Of a DNA stretch of 64,000 nt, positions 24,801-33,700 are shown one piece after another. This stretch comes from Acanthaster planci (lineage: Eukaryota). The notes beneath the pieces were generated by a model. It had not been told where the DNA came from, made no database searches, and saw only the letters and a list, made by a program, of their open reading frames with translations. The position numbers and the translations under genes were made by a program. The stretch covers positions 1,054,961-1,118,960 of the forward strand of contig NW_019091358.1 of assembly GCF_001949145.1 (NCBI RefSeq), in the 5' to 3' direction. Position 1 is the stretch's first letter. The number at the start of each line of letters is the position of its first letter.

Positions 24801-26851
24801 CACAAATCCCAGACAATCTTAAGGGCCGTAAATGCGCACGGGCATTGATCTTGGCATTTTTAGCCACTTTATGCTGGAGGACGCGTAAACCTGCAGGGAT
24901 CTTCCCTGCCGGGAGCACAAGAGGGCTGTATAATCTCTACACATACGGAGGGTCTGACCAATTCATGGAAGTAGACAGTGTGGTACCCTGACTTGGCCCT
25001 GTGGCTCAGCCAGCTGGTGTTGGCAGACTTCCCTGGTCGTCATCTCTTTGGAGGATAGAAAAGATGATATCACAAACAGAATGATGTTAAAAATCTTGTA
25101 CAAATGACTCTAATGAACCAGCATTTGTGGTGTCCCGCTTATTGTTTTAAAAAAGTGGTCCCAGTTTGTTGTTTTTAAAGTTAAGTTTTTTGGGCTAAAA
25201 GTTGTATCATATTTTCGGCTGGATTGTTGTGAAGTAATACCATTTTGGAGTGGTTAGAGAACCTTTTTGTCTTACATTTCAGAGCCGTTTTGGCGGTTTG
25301 CAGTGCATGCTACTTTGATCATAACGATACTTTGCTGTTTCCAGAAAATTGCCAGCGCTGTTAGGTGTAATTCTGATTTAAGCGCAGCTGTTGGTTCCTA
25401 GTTTGAACTTAAGTTATACATGTTTGGGACTTTTCTCTCATGTGTTTCGACAAAGTGAATACTTGTGCTCAAGGAAATTTAGCACACCCAGTGGATCCTT
25501 GTGGAGAGCAGTGCGCTGTGCTCTAATTTGGAAATTTGTGTACTTGCTGTACAGACAGTTCAAAGGGATATATCTCTGAATGTATTACAGTATATTGACC
25601 GTCAGTTGTAGAGGTTTGCAGCAGCTCCATGCAAGGATATCCCTTTTTTGAGTACGTGTGGTTCTGAAAAGAACTGGAGGGTACTCCATGTTTCGGACAA
25701 TGTGCTCTCCCCGTCGTCAGGAGGACTGCAGAGGTTCAAATGCTAAAGCGGCTTATCTGGAGGTTTTGAGGTGTGAAGAAGATGCTAACTCAGGATCCAA
25801 CCAAAGGCTTTCGAGCAGAACACGGGATGCTAGCAGATCAATGGGATGTGTCAGTGTGAAGGAGGGGAGCGTGGGGGAAGGTGGCCAAGGGTACAGGAGA
25901 CCCACAGGCTGGGAACATGTATATCGGGTGCTTATTTTGGACAGAAAGGAAGCATTGGAACTTGATTGTGGTTTTGTTCTCTTTCAGGCATATACGCCTA
26001 CATCATTCTCAAGGAGGGAGTCAGCGAGTCAGAGGAAGACATCATTAAGGAACTGAAGCAGGCGGTGAGACAGAAGATAGCTGCCTACGCCGTGCCAGAT
26101 TTGATACAGGTGTGTTCTGGGTGACCTGTGGAGCTGTGTGTGAGTGCCGGCACTGGATCCTTGGTGGCTAGCTGCAGTGTCTCAACGTCCCAAACATGTT
26201 TTAGAGTCAGAAATAACCCCCTAGCTTGTCATCCAACACCGGGATCTCACAGCTCTCTGCTCTGAGCCGAAGCACCATATCACCGGCAAAGAAGAGCGAG
26301 GCTAGTAAGAACCATTTCAGCTGGGATTGACATCCCTGGTGGCAACCCTAACGCTTCACAGCTAAACCCATTCCATATCTTAATTATTATTCATTTCCCT
26401 ACGAGGAGAGCTTTGTACTGCGCACTGAGACACAAACCAAAGATATGGCTAGAGGGGTGCTTCACTAATCCTGAGGTTAAAGTTGATGACCAAAAGTGTT
26501 GGAAAAATATGAATTTTGTCTGTTTCTCCCAAAAAGGCATTTAGGATTTGGCTTGGTCCATAATCATCTTGAAGCCCTTAAGTGGTTTTAAGTGTACTGG
26601 TTTAAATCACCTTATAACACTTTTATACCCCTAATGTTACTCATCATTCATCGATGTCACTGGGATATTCTTATCCCTCCTATCAGATCACCCCAGGCCT
26701 TCCAAAAACACGATCCGGGAAGATCATGCGTCGCATCCTGCGCAAGGTGTGTGCCAACCAGAGCGATGAACTGGGAGATGTGTCCACGCTGGCGGACCCC
26801 TCCATCGTGGAGGTCATTGTCAAGAACCATGTGAGGATCAGCCAGAAATGA
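6762..26851 (+). CDS. ACSS1: Acetyl-CoA synthetase, mitochondrial ACSS1-like (multi-exon gene span, 5'-partial; 14 coding exons, ~573 aa in window)
   Basis: 14 exons with AG/GT boundaries and compatible phases join into one ORF. It carries acyl-CoA synthetase motifs [47 protein letters not shown] and [12 protein letters not shown]. Segments [38 protein letters not shown] and [10 protein letters not shown] resemble ACSS1 rather than ACSS2 (recalled family knowledge). The N-terminal exon (FW...WF..G.LNVS) was not found in 1-6761. Confidence 0.92.
7332..7478 (+). CDS. ACSS1: ACSS1-like exon ([13 protein letters not shown]...[10 protein letters not shown])
   Basis: atacag| ... |gtaaag; [13 protein letters not shown] motif; phase 2 to 2. 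Confidence 0.93.
7745..8154 (+). mobile_element. 5'-truncated LINE (CR1/L2 group): ORF2 C-terminus plus 3' UTR
   Basis: ORF 7729..7959 YHTRS...[35 protein letters not shown] matches the YNTR..RT..S..G..WN.L..IK..L..FK.KLK tail of CR1/L2-group RTs; ends in an aataaataaa tail. Confidence 0.75.
8243..8583. mobile_element. MITE family A, copy 1 (long imperfect TIRs)
   Basis: Homologous to 17723-18579 and 39567-39932 (taaagacac..tatacctcgtgatt ... aatcatgaggtatagcaacag..tttag ... cagtgtaccagattttattcaaatttaact). Confidence 0.8.
9227..9395. mobile_element. MITE family B, copy 1 (palindromic, carries CCAAT motifs)
   Basis: Inverted ends cagtagtgggcctcca / tggaggcacactattg and ttgaccaatcaca / tgtgattggtcaa; second copy at 57393-57553. 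Confidence 0.75.
10184..10236 (+). CDS. ACSS1: ACSS1-like exon ([17 protein letters not shown])
   Basis: ttgcag| ... |gtaagg; 53 nt, phase 2 to 1. Confidence 0.93.
11044..11219 (+). CDS. ACSS1: ACSS1-like exon ([17 protein letters not shown]...DIPLEE)
   Basis: gcacag| ... |gttggt; phase 1 to 0; overlaps ORF 10995..11237. Confidence 0.92.
11299..11543. mobile_element. MITE with ~55-bp TIRs and 4-bp TSD AAAT (Sola-like)
   Basis: GGGTCATTCCATGAGGTTAGGGCACA ... TGTGCCCCAACCTCATGGAATGACCC flanked by aaat on both sides; GRG termini with a 4-bp TSD are typical of Sola2. Confidence 0.85.
11717..11869 (+). CDS. ACSS1: ACSS1-like exon with AMP-binding P-loop ([15 protein letters not shown])
   Basis: ttacag| ... 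|gtattt; 153 nt, phase 0 to 0. Confidence 0.94.
12017..12294. mobile_element. MITE with ~54-bp TIRs (Sola-like)
   Basis: GGGTAATTCTATAAATTAGGGGTCCAACTTGGGGACATTTT ... AAAATGTCCCCAAGTTGGACCTCTAATTTATAGAATCACCC; flanks attt/atgt; related to 62653-62897. Confidence 0.85.
13800..14170 (-). mobile_element. Highly degenerate L2-like LINE 3' end
   Basis: Reverse-strand tail (tgtaaagcct..aagacgctat..aagaattattaatattactatt) preceded by an FK..LK.F.F-like translated remnant. Confidence 0.35.
15232..15502. mobile_element. hAT-type MITE with internal 12-bp tandem array (ggtcttgtgtct)
   Basis: TIRs CGGTGTTGTAGTTGAGACC / GGTCTCGACTACAACGCTG; 8-bp TSD gtgaaaaa/gggaaaaa; same family as 29526-29701 in opposite orientation. 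Confidence 0.85.
15683..15830 (+). CDS. ACSS1: ACSS1-like exon (MVFNYQP...ADIGWITGH...[10 protein letters not shown])
   Basis: ttgtag| ... |gtatta; 148 nt, phase 0 to 1. Confidence 0.94.
16328..16402 (+). mobile_element. DNA transposon end fragment (CAGGGTTTCATCTAGGA), related copy at 59530-59610
   Basis: Shared cagggtttcatctagga..aatatct.cctgtc..gttaaaaact.cc.tccactcccag; opposite TIR not found. Confidence 0.55.
16793..16930 (+). CDS. ACSS1: ACSS1-like exon ([23 protein letters not shown]...TLGC)
   Basis: ttgcag| ... |gtatgt; phase 1 to 1. Confidence 0.94.
17487..17579 (+). CDS. ACSS1: ACSS1-like exon ([12 protein letters not shown]...DTWWQT)
   Basis: gtccag| ... |gtgaca; phase 1 to 1. 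Confidence 0.94.
17723..18579. mobile_element. MITE family A, copy 2, interrupted by a nested tRNA-derived element
   Basis: TIRs ttgcaaattaaatttgaataaaat / attttattcaaatttaacttgcaa; the two halves rejoin across the duplicated ggaattcaaatt (18002-18013, 18495-18506). Confidence 0.85.
18014..18494. mobile_element. tRNA-derived retroelement, inverted plus tandem composite insertion
   Basis: Minus-strand unit with A/B boxes (18108-18178), an adjacent minus-strand 3' segment (18236-18330), then a plus-strand 5'-truncated unit (18331-18494); TSD ggaattcaaatt. Confidence 0.85.
18665..18950 (-). mobile_element. Degenerate LINE 3' fragment (CR1/L2 group)
   Basis: Minus-strand translation [10 protein letters not shown] / [10 protein letters not shown] resembles the FPRTIPLWN.L...APSL.SFK ORF2 tail; frameshifted. 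Confidence 0.5.
19276..19385 (+). CDS. ACSS1: ACSS1-like exon ([18 protein letters not shown]...VLMSDT)
   Basis: ccacag| ... |gtaaga; phase 1 to 0. Confidence 0.92.
20979..21615. mobile_element. TIR DNA element with repeated gagacaaaag subterminal motifs
   Basis: gtcactgtttttggaaaaaagacaaag ... cttttgtctcttcatgaaaaacagtgac; internal copies at ~21171, 21246 and 21332. Confidence 0.6.
21736..21862 (+). CDS. ACSS1: ACSS1-like exon ([25 protein letters not shown]...KPYT)
   Basis: cttcag| ... |gtatat; phase 0 to 1. Confidence 0.92.
22241..23263 (-). mobile_element. Internally deleted hAT-like transposon retaining a frameshifted transposase N-terminal zinc finger
   Basis: TIRs CATACCTGCCAAC / TTTAGCAGGTATG; flanks ctttgt/ctttgc; minus strand ~22545-22725 reads [30 protein letters not shown] / [28 protein letters not shown] (CxxC..DF.V..G..DV...KKH, BED-like). 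Confidence 0.8.
23345..23497 (+). mobile_element. Second copy of the dispersed repeat at 5911-6105
   Basis: Colinear shared blocks as listed for 5911-6105. Confidence 0.5.
23676..24038. repeat. Compound tetranucleotide microsatellite (GGTT/GCTT)n spanning an assembly gap
   Basis: Seen directly; 46 N at 23868-23913. Confidence 0.97.
24317..24444 (+). CDS. ACSS1: ACSS1-like exon ([12 protein letters not shown]...[23 protein letters not shown])
   Basis: cttcag| ... |gtaagt; phase 1 to 0. Confidence 0.94.
24731..24794 (+). CDS. ACSS1: ACSS1-like exon ([21 protein letters not shown])
   Basis: ttacag| ... |gtgagg; 64 nt, phase 0 to 1. Confidence 0.93.
25988..26109 (+). CDS. ACSS1: ACSS1-like exon (GIYAYIILK...[12 protein letters not shown])
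   Basis: tttcag| ... |gtgtgt; phase 1 to 0. Confidence 0.92.
26687..26851 (+). CDS. ACSS1: ACSS1-like last coding exon ([20 protein letters not shown]...SQK*)
   Basis: tatcag| acceptor; PKTRSGK motif containing the catalytic, acetylation-regulated lysine; TGA at 26849-26851. Confidence 0.94.
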   Translation: MTPGLPKTRSGKIMRRILRKVCANQSDELGDVSTLADPSIVEVIVKNHVRISQK

Positions 26852-28684
26852 ACTCGAGTACACAATGCTGTGGCTTCCATTGATCCTAGGGTTCAAACCT
26901 TTCTTTGGAATGCTCTCCAGGAAATTCCTGGACTTTAGCCAGTCTTGGTCCCAAAATCCTGATCTAGAGTTTTGTATACATGTATCTTAGTTTTGTTTTG
27001 TGTGTGTTTCCCCTGAAAAGTTTTCTGTATTTTTATTCAACTTTCAAGATTGAAATACATATTTCATATTTAACTCAACCTTAGAACCAACAGCATTCAT
27101 GGATCCAGTGCTTTGGTTATAAATATCCCATGCCTTCAGGAAATCAGAAATATTCAGGTTTTTAGCCATTGTTTTTAACCAGTCTATTCACTGTTTGCAA
27201 CTGCTTCTAACGCCCACTTTTTTTACCAAGCAGAAATTCCAGCAAATGGGCAATTTGAACATATCAAAGTGGGATCATTAATGAAGATATATTGCCGTAG
27301 TCCCACAGCTCAATTGAAAAAACAATCAGTGGTCAGGTTACATGGATGTTTGACATCCAGCCATATTGCGGAGCCACAGTGGTAATATTAAATCTTTGCT
27401 GAGACTTGTTCTTGATCACGTGGAGACAGCCTTCTCTTATCTGGAAGCCGGGGAAGATAGCGTGACACCGTGTGACTAGAAAGGTTTTTTTGTAATCAAA
27501 GCCATAATTGGTTTCAAATGAGTTATTAGCGAATTGTGTGAATAGATCCTTTGCAAAATATTTTATTCATTGTATTGTAAATTCACTTGTGCCCTATTCA
27601 TTTGAACGCACAAAATTAACGACCACAATTCTACTCTGCCATCTGTTTCAGTATTGCAATTCATAGCGACGATCACATTTTTAAGAGGCTATCCAGAGAG
27701 GTTTTCAGGAAATTTTGGCACCCTACTCAAAACTTGGCCTTATTTTCTGTTTTGTTTCTTAATTGATTGCCTTCTTTGTTTCGCTTGTGGTGCCAGCATG
27801 AAATTATTTTGTTTTTAATTCAGGTCATAACATACCTACATCTATCAACATGCTCAAATAACCGCCTCTCTGTCGGCTAGATAAGTTTCTATACTAGTTG
27901 AAAGAGTAAATAAGTCTGTCCAATTTATGGAAACCACTTCCAAACAAGGGGAAAATTGCAGCAAGAAGAGTTTTTGTTATAATGACATATTTTATGGGCA
28001 AGCTGAAATGTTTATAATTTTGCAGAAATCAAACAGGTTGAAATGAAGATAATGTAGTCTCCAAAAGGATTAGGTCTCTATGTATAACCAGACAAATGGC
28101 CCTTGCAATTTATAGGTGACATACTGTGCATTTTTCACTCACTTTCATGAGTATCAAAACCTGAAAGAGAAAGACACAAAGAGACATTCTTTTTTCAAAG
28201 ACTTGTCAGTTTCTGAAGCAGTGTCGCTGAATGCAGGTAATGGGCTTGCCCTTTTCACAGCTTGTGTGAGGTTTAATGGGAAATTTATGAAGTCCATTTG
28301 TGGTGGAAAAACACCTCGCAGGCCTTTGAAGTTTTTCTTTGAGTTTTCCTAAATTGCACCTATTTCATTTCGCACTTGATAGGCATTCACGCCTTTTAGG
28401 TTTTTCATTTTATTGTTATTATTTGAATGCTGCAGGCCACTCCTGTGCCGTTTAAATGAATTCATTACATGTATGTATCTTATTAGCCGTCTTTCTACTA
28501 TTAATGTATGTTAGATATGAAAGACAAGTAATCATGATCAAACTGATTTTGACGAGTGGTAACTGGAACTCTGTCTTGGTTAAGTGCTTCTTCTGACAAT
28601 GTCAGAGCAGAATCGCTGACAAGGTGCAGTACGTTTTAAACAGCTGGGCTTGGAAGCTTTTTCAAATATTCCCAAACAGCTGCA

Positions 28685-28746
28685 AATAAAATTTGTTGTT
28701 ACAATTGGGAGTGAATGTCAATTACGACTGAAATAAAATTAATAAA
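28685..28746 (+). terminator. Cluster of AATAAA polyadenylation signals, probable end of the ACSS1-like 3' UTR (~1.9 kb)
   Basis: AATAAA at 28685, 28732 and 28741 downstream of the stop codon, followed by T/GT-rich sequence. Confidence 0.55.
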
Positions 28747-29525
28747 AACGAAGAAAAAATTTGTGCACATGTATATATGTAAGAGCTCTTTTCATTGTTA
28801 ACATTGAAACAACTCGAAAAGTGACAAAAGCTGATTTTTTTGTATGAAGACTCCTCAACATTCCAGCATTGGAGAAATTGTATCCTTCCCCTAGTGTCAT
28901 CGTTGTTGGTTATCCTCTCTCATCTTTGTTTCACCAGTAACACGCCCGTCGATTTCTCGGCCTTGAGCTATAATTTGGCATTTCTATGATTCCCATTGTC
29001 CGTTTGCGCTGATTTAATTACTCCCAGAAATTACATTTAAAAATGAGTCGCAAATAAGCCTTTTTGCAGTTTGATTTTATCATTTAAATTCTAATTGATG
29101 GAACCGGAATTTAAGTTAACAGTGTAGTTGTTGAAAATGAGTTTGGCTCCAACTTGTGGATTTTTAGGTCACTGGCACTGATTACTGGAGTGAGTGGAAG
29201 TACACTGAACCGTAACGATAAGCAGGTAGGGGCAGAAGGGTCTCTGAACCTTACCCGTTTGCAAGGCTTACAATGGTTCTAGGATTGCAACGTCACGATC
29301 TTCGGCTGGATTTGAGAGGTGGTCTGCCACCACTGCTGCGCACTCGGCCGGAGATCTCGAGACCGAGCAGACTAAATAGCGCCCTCTATAAGGTGTACTC
29401 GGTTAGAAAAAAGTTCCTCTGCACTTGGCATATGTCTGCAGGGCGTCTAGGGTGTCCCAACTGTGTGACTGGTAATAAAAAAAAAACAGCTTGCAAGAGG
29501 CGTTTTACCGCATGATTGCTTGGTG

Positions 29526-29701
29526 CAGTGTTGCTGTCGAGACCATCACAAGACCAGTCACAAGTAACGGTGAACAATGACAAAGCAGGGCTTTTGTTGC
29601 ACTTCATTTGAATAGGTTGTGACTTGAATTCAGACTGGAGGTCTTGTGTTGGTCTTGCGCTGGTCTCAAGAAGGTCTTAGGTGGTCTCACCTACAACACT
29701 G
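29526..29701. mobile_element. hAT-type MITE (same family as 15232-15502)
   Basis: TIRs CAGTGTTGCTGTCGAGACC / GGTCTCACCTACAACACTG; 8-bp TSD gcttggtg/gcctggtg. Confidence 0.85.
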
Positions 29702-30299
29702 GCCTGGTGAATACATTTTCTAAATATAAATAAGTAACAGTCAAAGGAAGCAAACTGAAATATCCTGTCTTGAAATTTCACAGATGGGTGAAAACAGCTA
29801 TTTATGATCCTCAACTTTTAAATCAGTTCTGCTTCTTGATTTATCTAATATAATTTCACCACTTCCATCCTTGGATTGATGGGGCGCCTATTTGCTTTTG
29901 TATCTTTTTCATTTAATTAAATTCGTAATCATGAACGGAGATATTTTGAGACTGCTTGGGAAGGGTTTTTATGCGACTTTTATTTTTAAAAGAATCAAAA
30001 TATCCTCCTCTCAAGGTAACGTAATGGCTTGGCCACTCTGTTTTTTGCAGAAGTCTCGCACATGGGGAAAATGAGATTTAAACTTGAAACCAACTGAAAC
30101 AATTTCTAGCTAGCACAGGTGGTAAAGCTTTGGAAATCTGCTGTTTGCAGCTTTACGTTACTGCGACCATCTCCTGTTTTTGCGCTGTTCTTGGTAGGTG
30201 TGGTCAATCTTGATACGTCCAAAAGAGTCAAGACCCAGTGTGGTCAGGACCTCACTTTACGAGAACTGCTGTTTGGCCTACCTCTGCTACATGCCGGCA

Positions 30300-30720
30300 C
30301 TGAGATCCGGCCAGTGTCCTCAAATGGCCGCTGATTGGATGAAAAGTTCGGTGACTCAACCAACTTTGCATAGCTCCACCTCCCTGTCGTTCTTGTATTC
30401 GTTTCTTTACGCTACACTGCGCGCCCAACTAAACTGGATGCCCAGGCCTCCTCCAATTACGTGCGGAACGCGAAACTCGACGTGCGGCTCACTTATGTGG
30501 GCGTGTAGTTTGAATCTGGGCACGTGATCCATTCATAATTTCGCATCAATATCTCTAGTCTGAGCAGCGTGCCCGGGCATCAGTCTACTACCGGCGCGGC
30601 AATCAGTTGGCACGTGTACTGGTGCTAGATGAGTTCTGCATCCTTTGGCTGGTGGTTTGACGTTTATACTAATCTGAGGACGGAATCGACTGCATCGTGC
30701 ATGCTGCTCGACTTCTCAGG
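30300..30720 (+). promoter_or_regulatory. CpG-rich putative promoter and 5' UTR of the papilin-like gene
   Basis: Local GC/CpG enrichment, reverse CCAAT (ATTGG ~30334), E-boxes CACGTG at 30521 and 30611, immediately upstream of ATGAG|GTAGGC. Confidence 0.55.
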
Positions 30721-30725
30721 ATGAG
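30721..30725 (+). CDS. PAPLN: Papilin-like first coding exon end (ATG AG|)
   Basis: ATGAG|GTAGGC donor; phase 2 matches the signal-peptide exon at 33222. Confidence 0.65.
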
Positions 30726-33700
30726 GTAGGCATTGCAGTATGTTTTTGGTGTGTAGTTTTAAAAGACAAAGGTCGAGATCTTCACCAGGCTTTAAAGCGA
30801 TTTCATTTGGTTTAATTTTTCATTTGGAATAATTCCTCCATGGTTTCACCATCGTGGTTTCACGTTTCAGGTACCGTCGCCTAGCGCCTGTAGTTCTAGG
30901 CCTAAGGAGGCAGGATTTTTTCTTTTACCCAAGGCAAATCCTAGATAGCCTACATATGTATTTTCAAAATTGTGTGAGTTAAAAGTCACAAAGATGCTAT
31001 TATAAGTTTAGGAGTCTTGTCATTCTGTTCCTTGCTCTGCGCTTGGTGCTGGTTTGAACTGACAGTGACACTTGACCGACGCCGATATCACCTGGATATA
31101 TTCTGGGTGCGTGTTTGAAATGCCAGCCTTTTCAGCGTGTAGTTCAGACTGTCAGAATGGTTATGACTGTTTTCCTACCTCCCTCATCTCAGAATTTGCA
31201 CCGCAGACTAGCGGTGATGTAGTTACTAGAAAGACTCCTGTGTATTAGACCATACAGGCCCCCCCAGGCACCCAAACCCCTTTCCTCGTAAAAGCGCTAA
31301 AAATTTAAACTCATAAAATATTAAAATGTTTTAGTCTAATGTGTATTACTTTGAAACCTGCCCAATCGTGAACCCCAGTATTAACTGGCCGTCTAGCATT
31401 GTTCAGTTGCTAGTAATACAAGTATACAGTATTTGAAAAAAAAAAACTAATTGGGATTGGAAAACACTTCACGAATTAGTGGGTAACTATCAACTACAGT
31501 GTTCTCGAAACCAAAAGTGTGGACACAGCTAACAAATGTTAGATGACACTCTTCTCTTATTTTATGTGGCAAGGTTTTCATGAACTCAACGTAAGTATAA
31601 TTTGCATGTAAAAAATTTGAACAAATACTTACAGTTTCAAATGCATGTGATATAATGATACATGTACAATGCAATTCGTAAAAGGAAATTCAAATTCTAT
31701 TTAGGCCCACATGGTATTCCAAAATCCAAGAAACTAAGGAAGAATTCCACACACATCACTAATTCTTTTCGTTGTAGTTAAATATCAGCCATAAGAAAGT
31801 CACATCATGCCCTAGAAGTAAATTTCAGCAGGGAAACTGTTGATCATTTAATACTTGAAAAAACTTGGAATTTTCTAGGCCAGTCTCATAGAGTTTTAAT
31901 ATGCAGAGGGTGTTGAGTAATGCCTGGCTATATGCTAGTGCTACCTGAAGAAACTCCTATGGCGAAAATTTTAGGTCCAATACTTTATTTCTGTCAGCCC
32001 ATTTGTGTATCAAGGCTTACACTGGGCTACCCAGAACTGGTTTTATTTGATTTCAGCAACCCCTCCCTTACAAGTTTAAGCTGATAATGATTAGATTTTA
32101 CATTTGCTGTAATTTCAAAACTAGCAGATTTAAATTCATGAATGTGCACCATTTTCTCAAAATCTAGCCTTTTCACCATGTGAATGATTTTCACAGAAAT
32201 GACACTGTGTGTTTATAATATGGGTAGTGTTCAGGTATGTCTCACTGCATGTGTGTGCCTACACACCCTGCAAGTACCTACGGTACATCCGTCACTTTGT
32301 CGTTGCCCTCCTAAGACATCTCTGTTTTTAAATTTTTGGCCTCTCGAGCTTGGCTGGAAATGATGGCAAACTTTCAGAGGACGTAATTTGTCTTGAAATA
32401 ATCCCATGAGCAGTGCCAGAAAGATTTCCCTGCAAGGTGCCCTTTAGCGCTGGGCTGAGGAAGACATGCCTTGCCTTCCAAGAGCGGGCTTCCACATCCA
32501 TGTTTGGGCTGGAGCAGTAAAGCACTGATGCTATCAAGAATGATATTAATACCATGTGCCTCAGACCGCGATCTCCGGAGTCTTGCTCCTGAACCGAAAC
32601 CGTGAAACCGGGCGATCTTCGGGTGTATAAGGCTGAAGCAACAACCCCTGTGAATTCCACCAGCTGAATCATCCCATTTTCAAAAGCCAGTGTTTGTGGT
32701 CATGTGGAAAATCAATAAAGTGTGAACCCTCTACTCCGTCTTATATTAGAGGGCAGTTTCTGTTTCCAAAATGTCTCAGAGTTCTTATCTTATCATGAGA
32801 CCCTGTAGCCCATTTTTTTTCCCAAAGCCCCCTGGGTGTAGCATTGAGTGGGCAATTAGGAGCATGCCTACCAGCCAAGTAGGAATTACCTCAGCTGAAC
32901 CTAACCATGAGTCACTGAGAAACAATTGTTATCACTCTCAGCCTTGTCTTGGTGCTTTCGAGTGTCTGCCAGTCATCCACACCTTGACTAGTTTTAAACT
33001 AGCTTTCCTTTCTGTCCCCTACACAGTTCAAGGCCTGGTCTCCCACCTGTGTTACCCTCAGTGAAAGAGACAGGTCTGCAAGCTTTAGAAAATTAGATTT
33101 ATGCCAGTGTTGAAATTGAAAATTTATTCCACCAATCTAAATCCCAAATCCTTCATACATTGATGGTGATTGATTTAAAACTATTCATTTGATTTTATTT
33201 TTTTGGTTTTTTTTTAATCAGGTCCAGTCTGGAATCCACCTTGCTCTTAACTGTAGCAGCGCTGTTGATGGCAACAGTTCTTCTACCATCACCTCCTTAT
33301 GTTACGGCTTTACCGGTAATTAACCTCCAAATCCTTCTGATCCATTTCTGTTCTCTGCGGTTTGTGAGCTCTAATCCCCAGGGTCCTCCTGTCTCACTGC
33401 CGGTGTTACTTTGTATTATTTTCTCTTGGAAAAGCCGATACACACTTTGTGTTTTACTGTTAGGTGGACATTTTAAGATTCTCTAAGTGCTAAATTAGAG
33501 GCACTTTACCTCATGTAATACTTAAGACATGCTGCTTGATCGTGTGGTGCAATCATGTAGGCTTAGCACCCATAAAAGTGGGCTAGTTCTCAGTAAATGA
33601 CATAAATGCCTTAAAGTTTCATTTCAGTCGAACAAAAATGCTACAGTGTTAGGAAGAACAAAGAGTTGAACAAAGAAAGAAAATGTGGATAATTTAGTTG

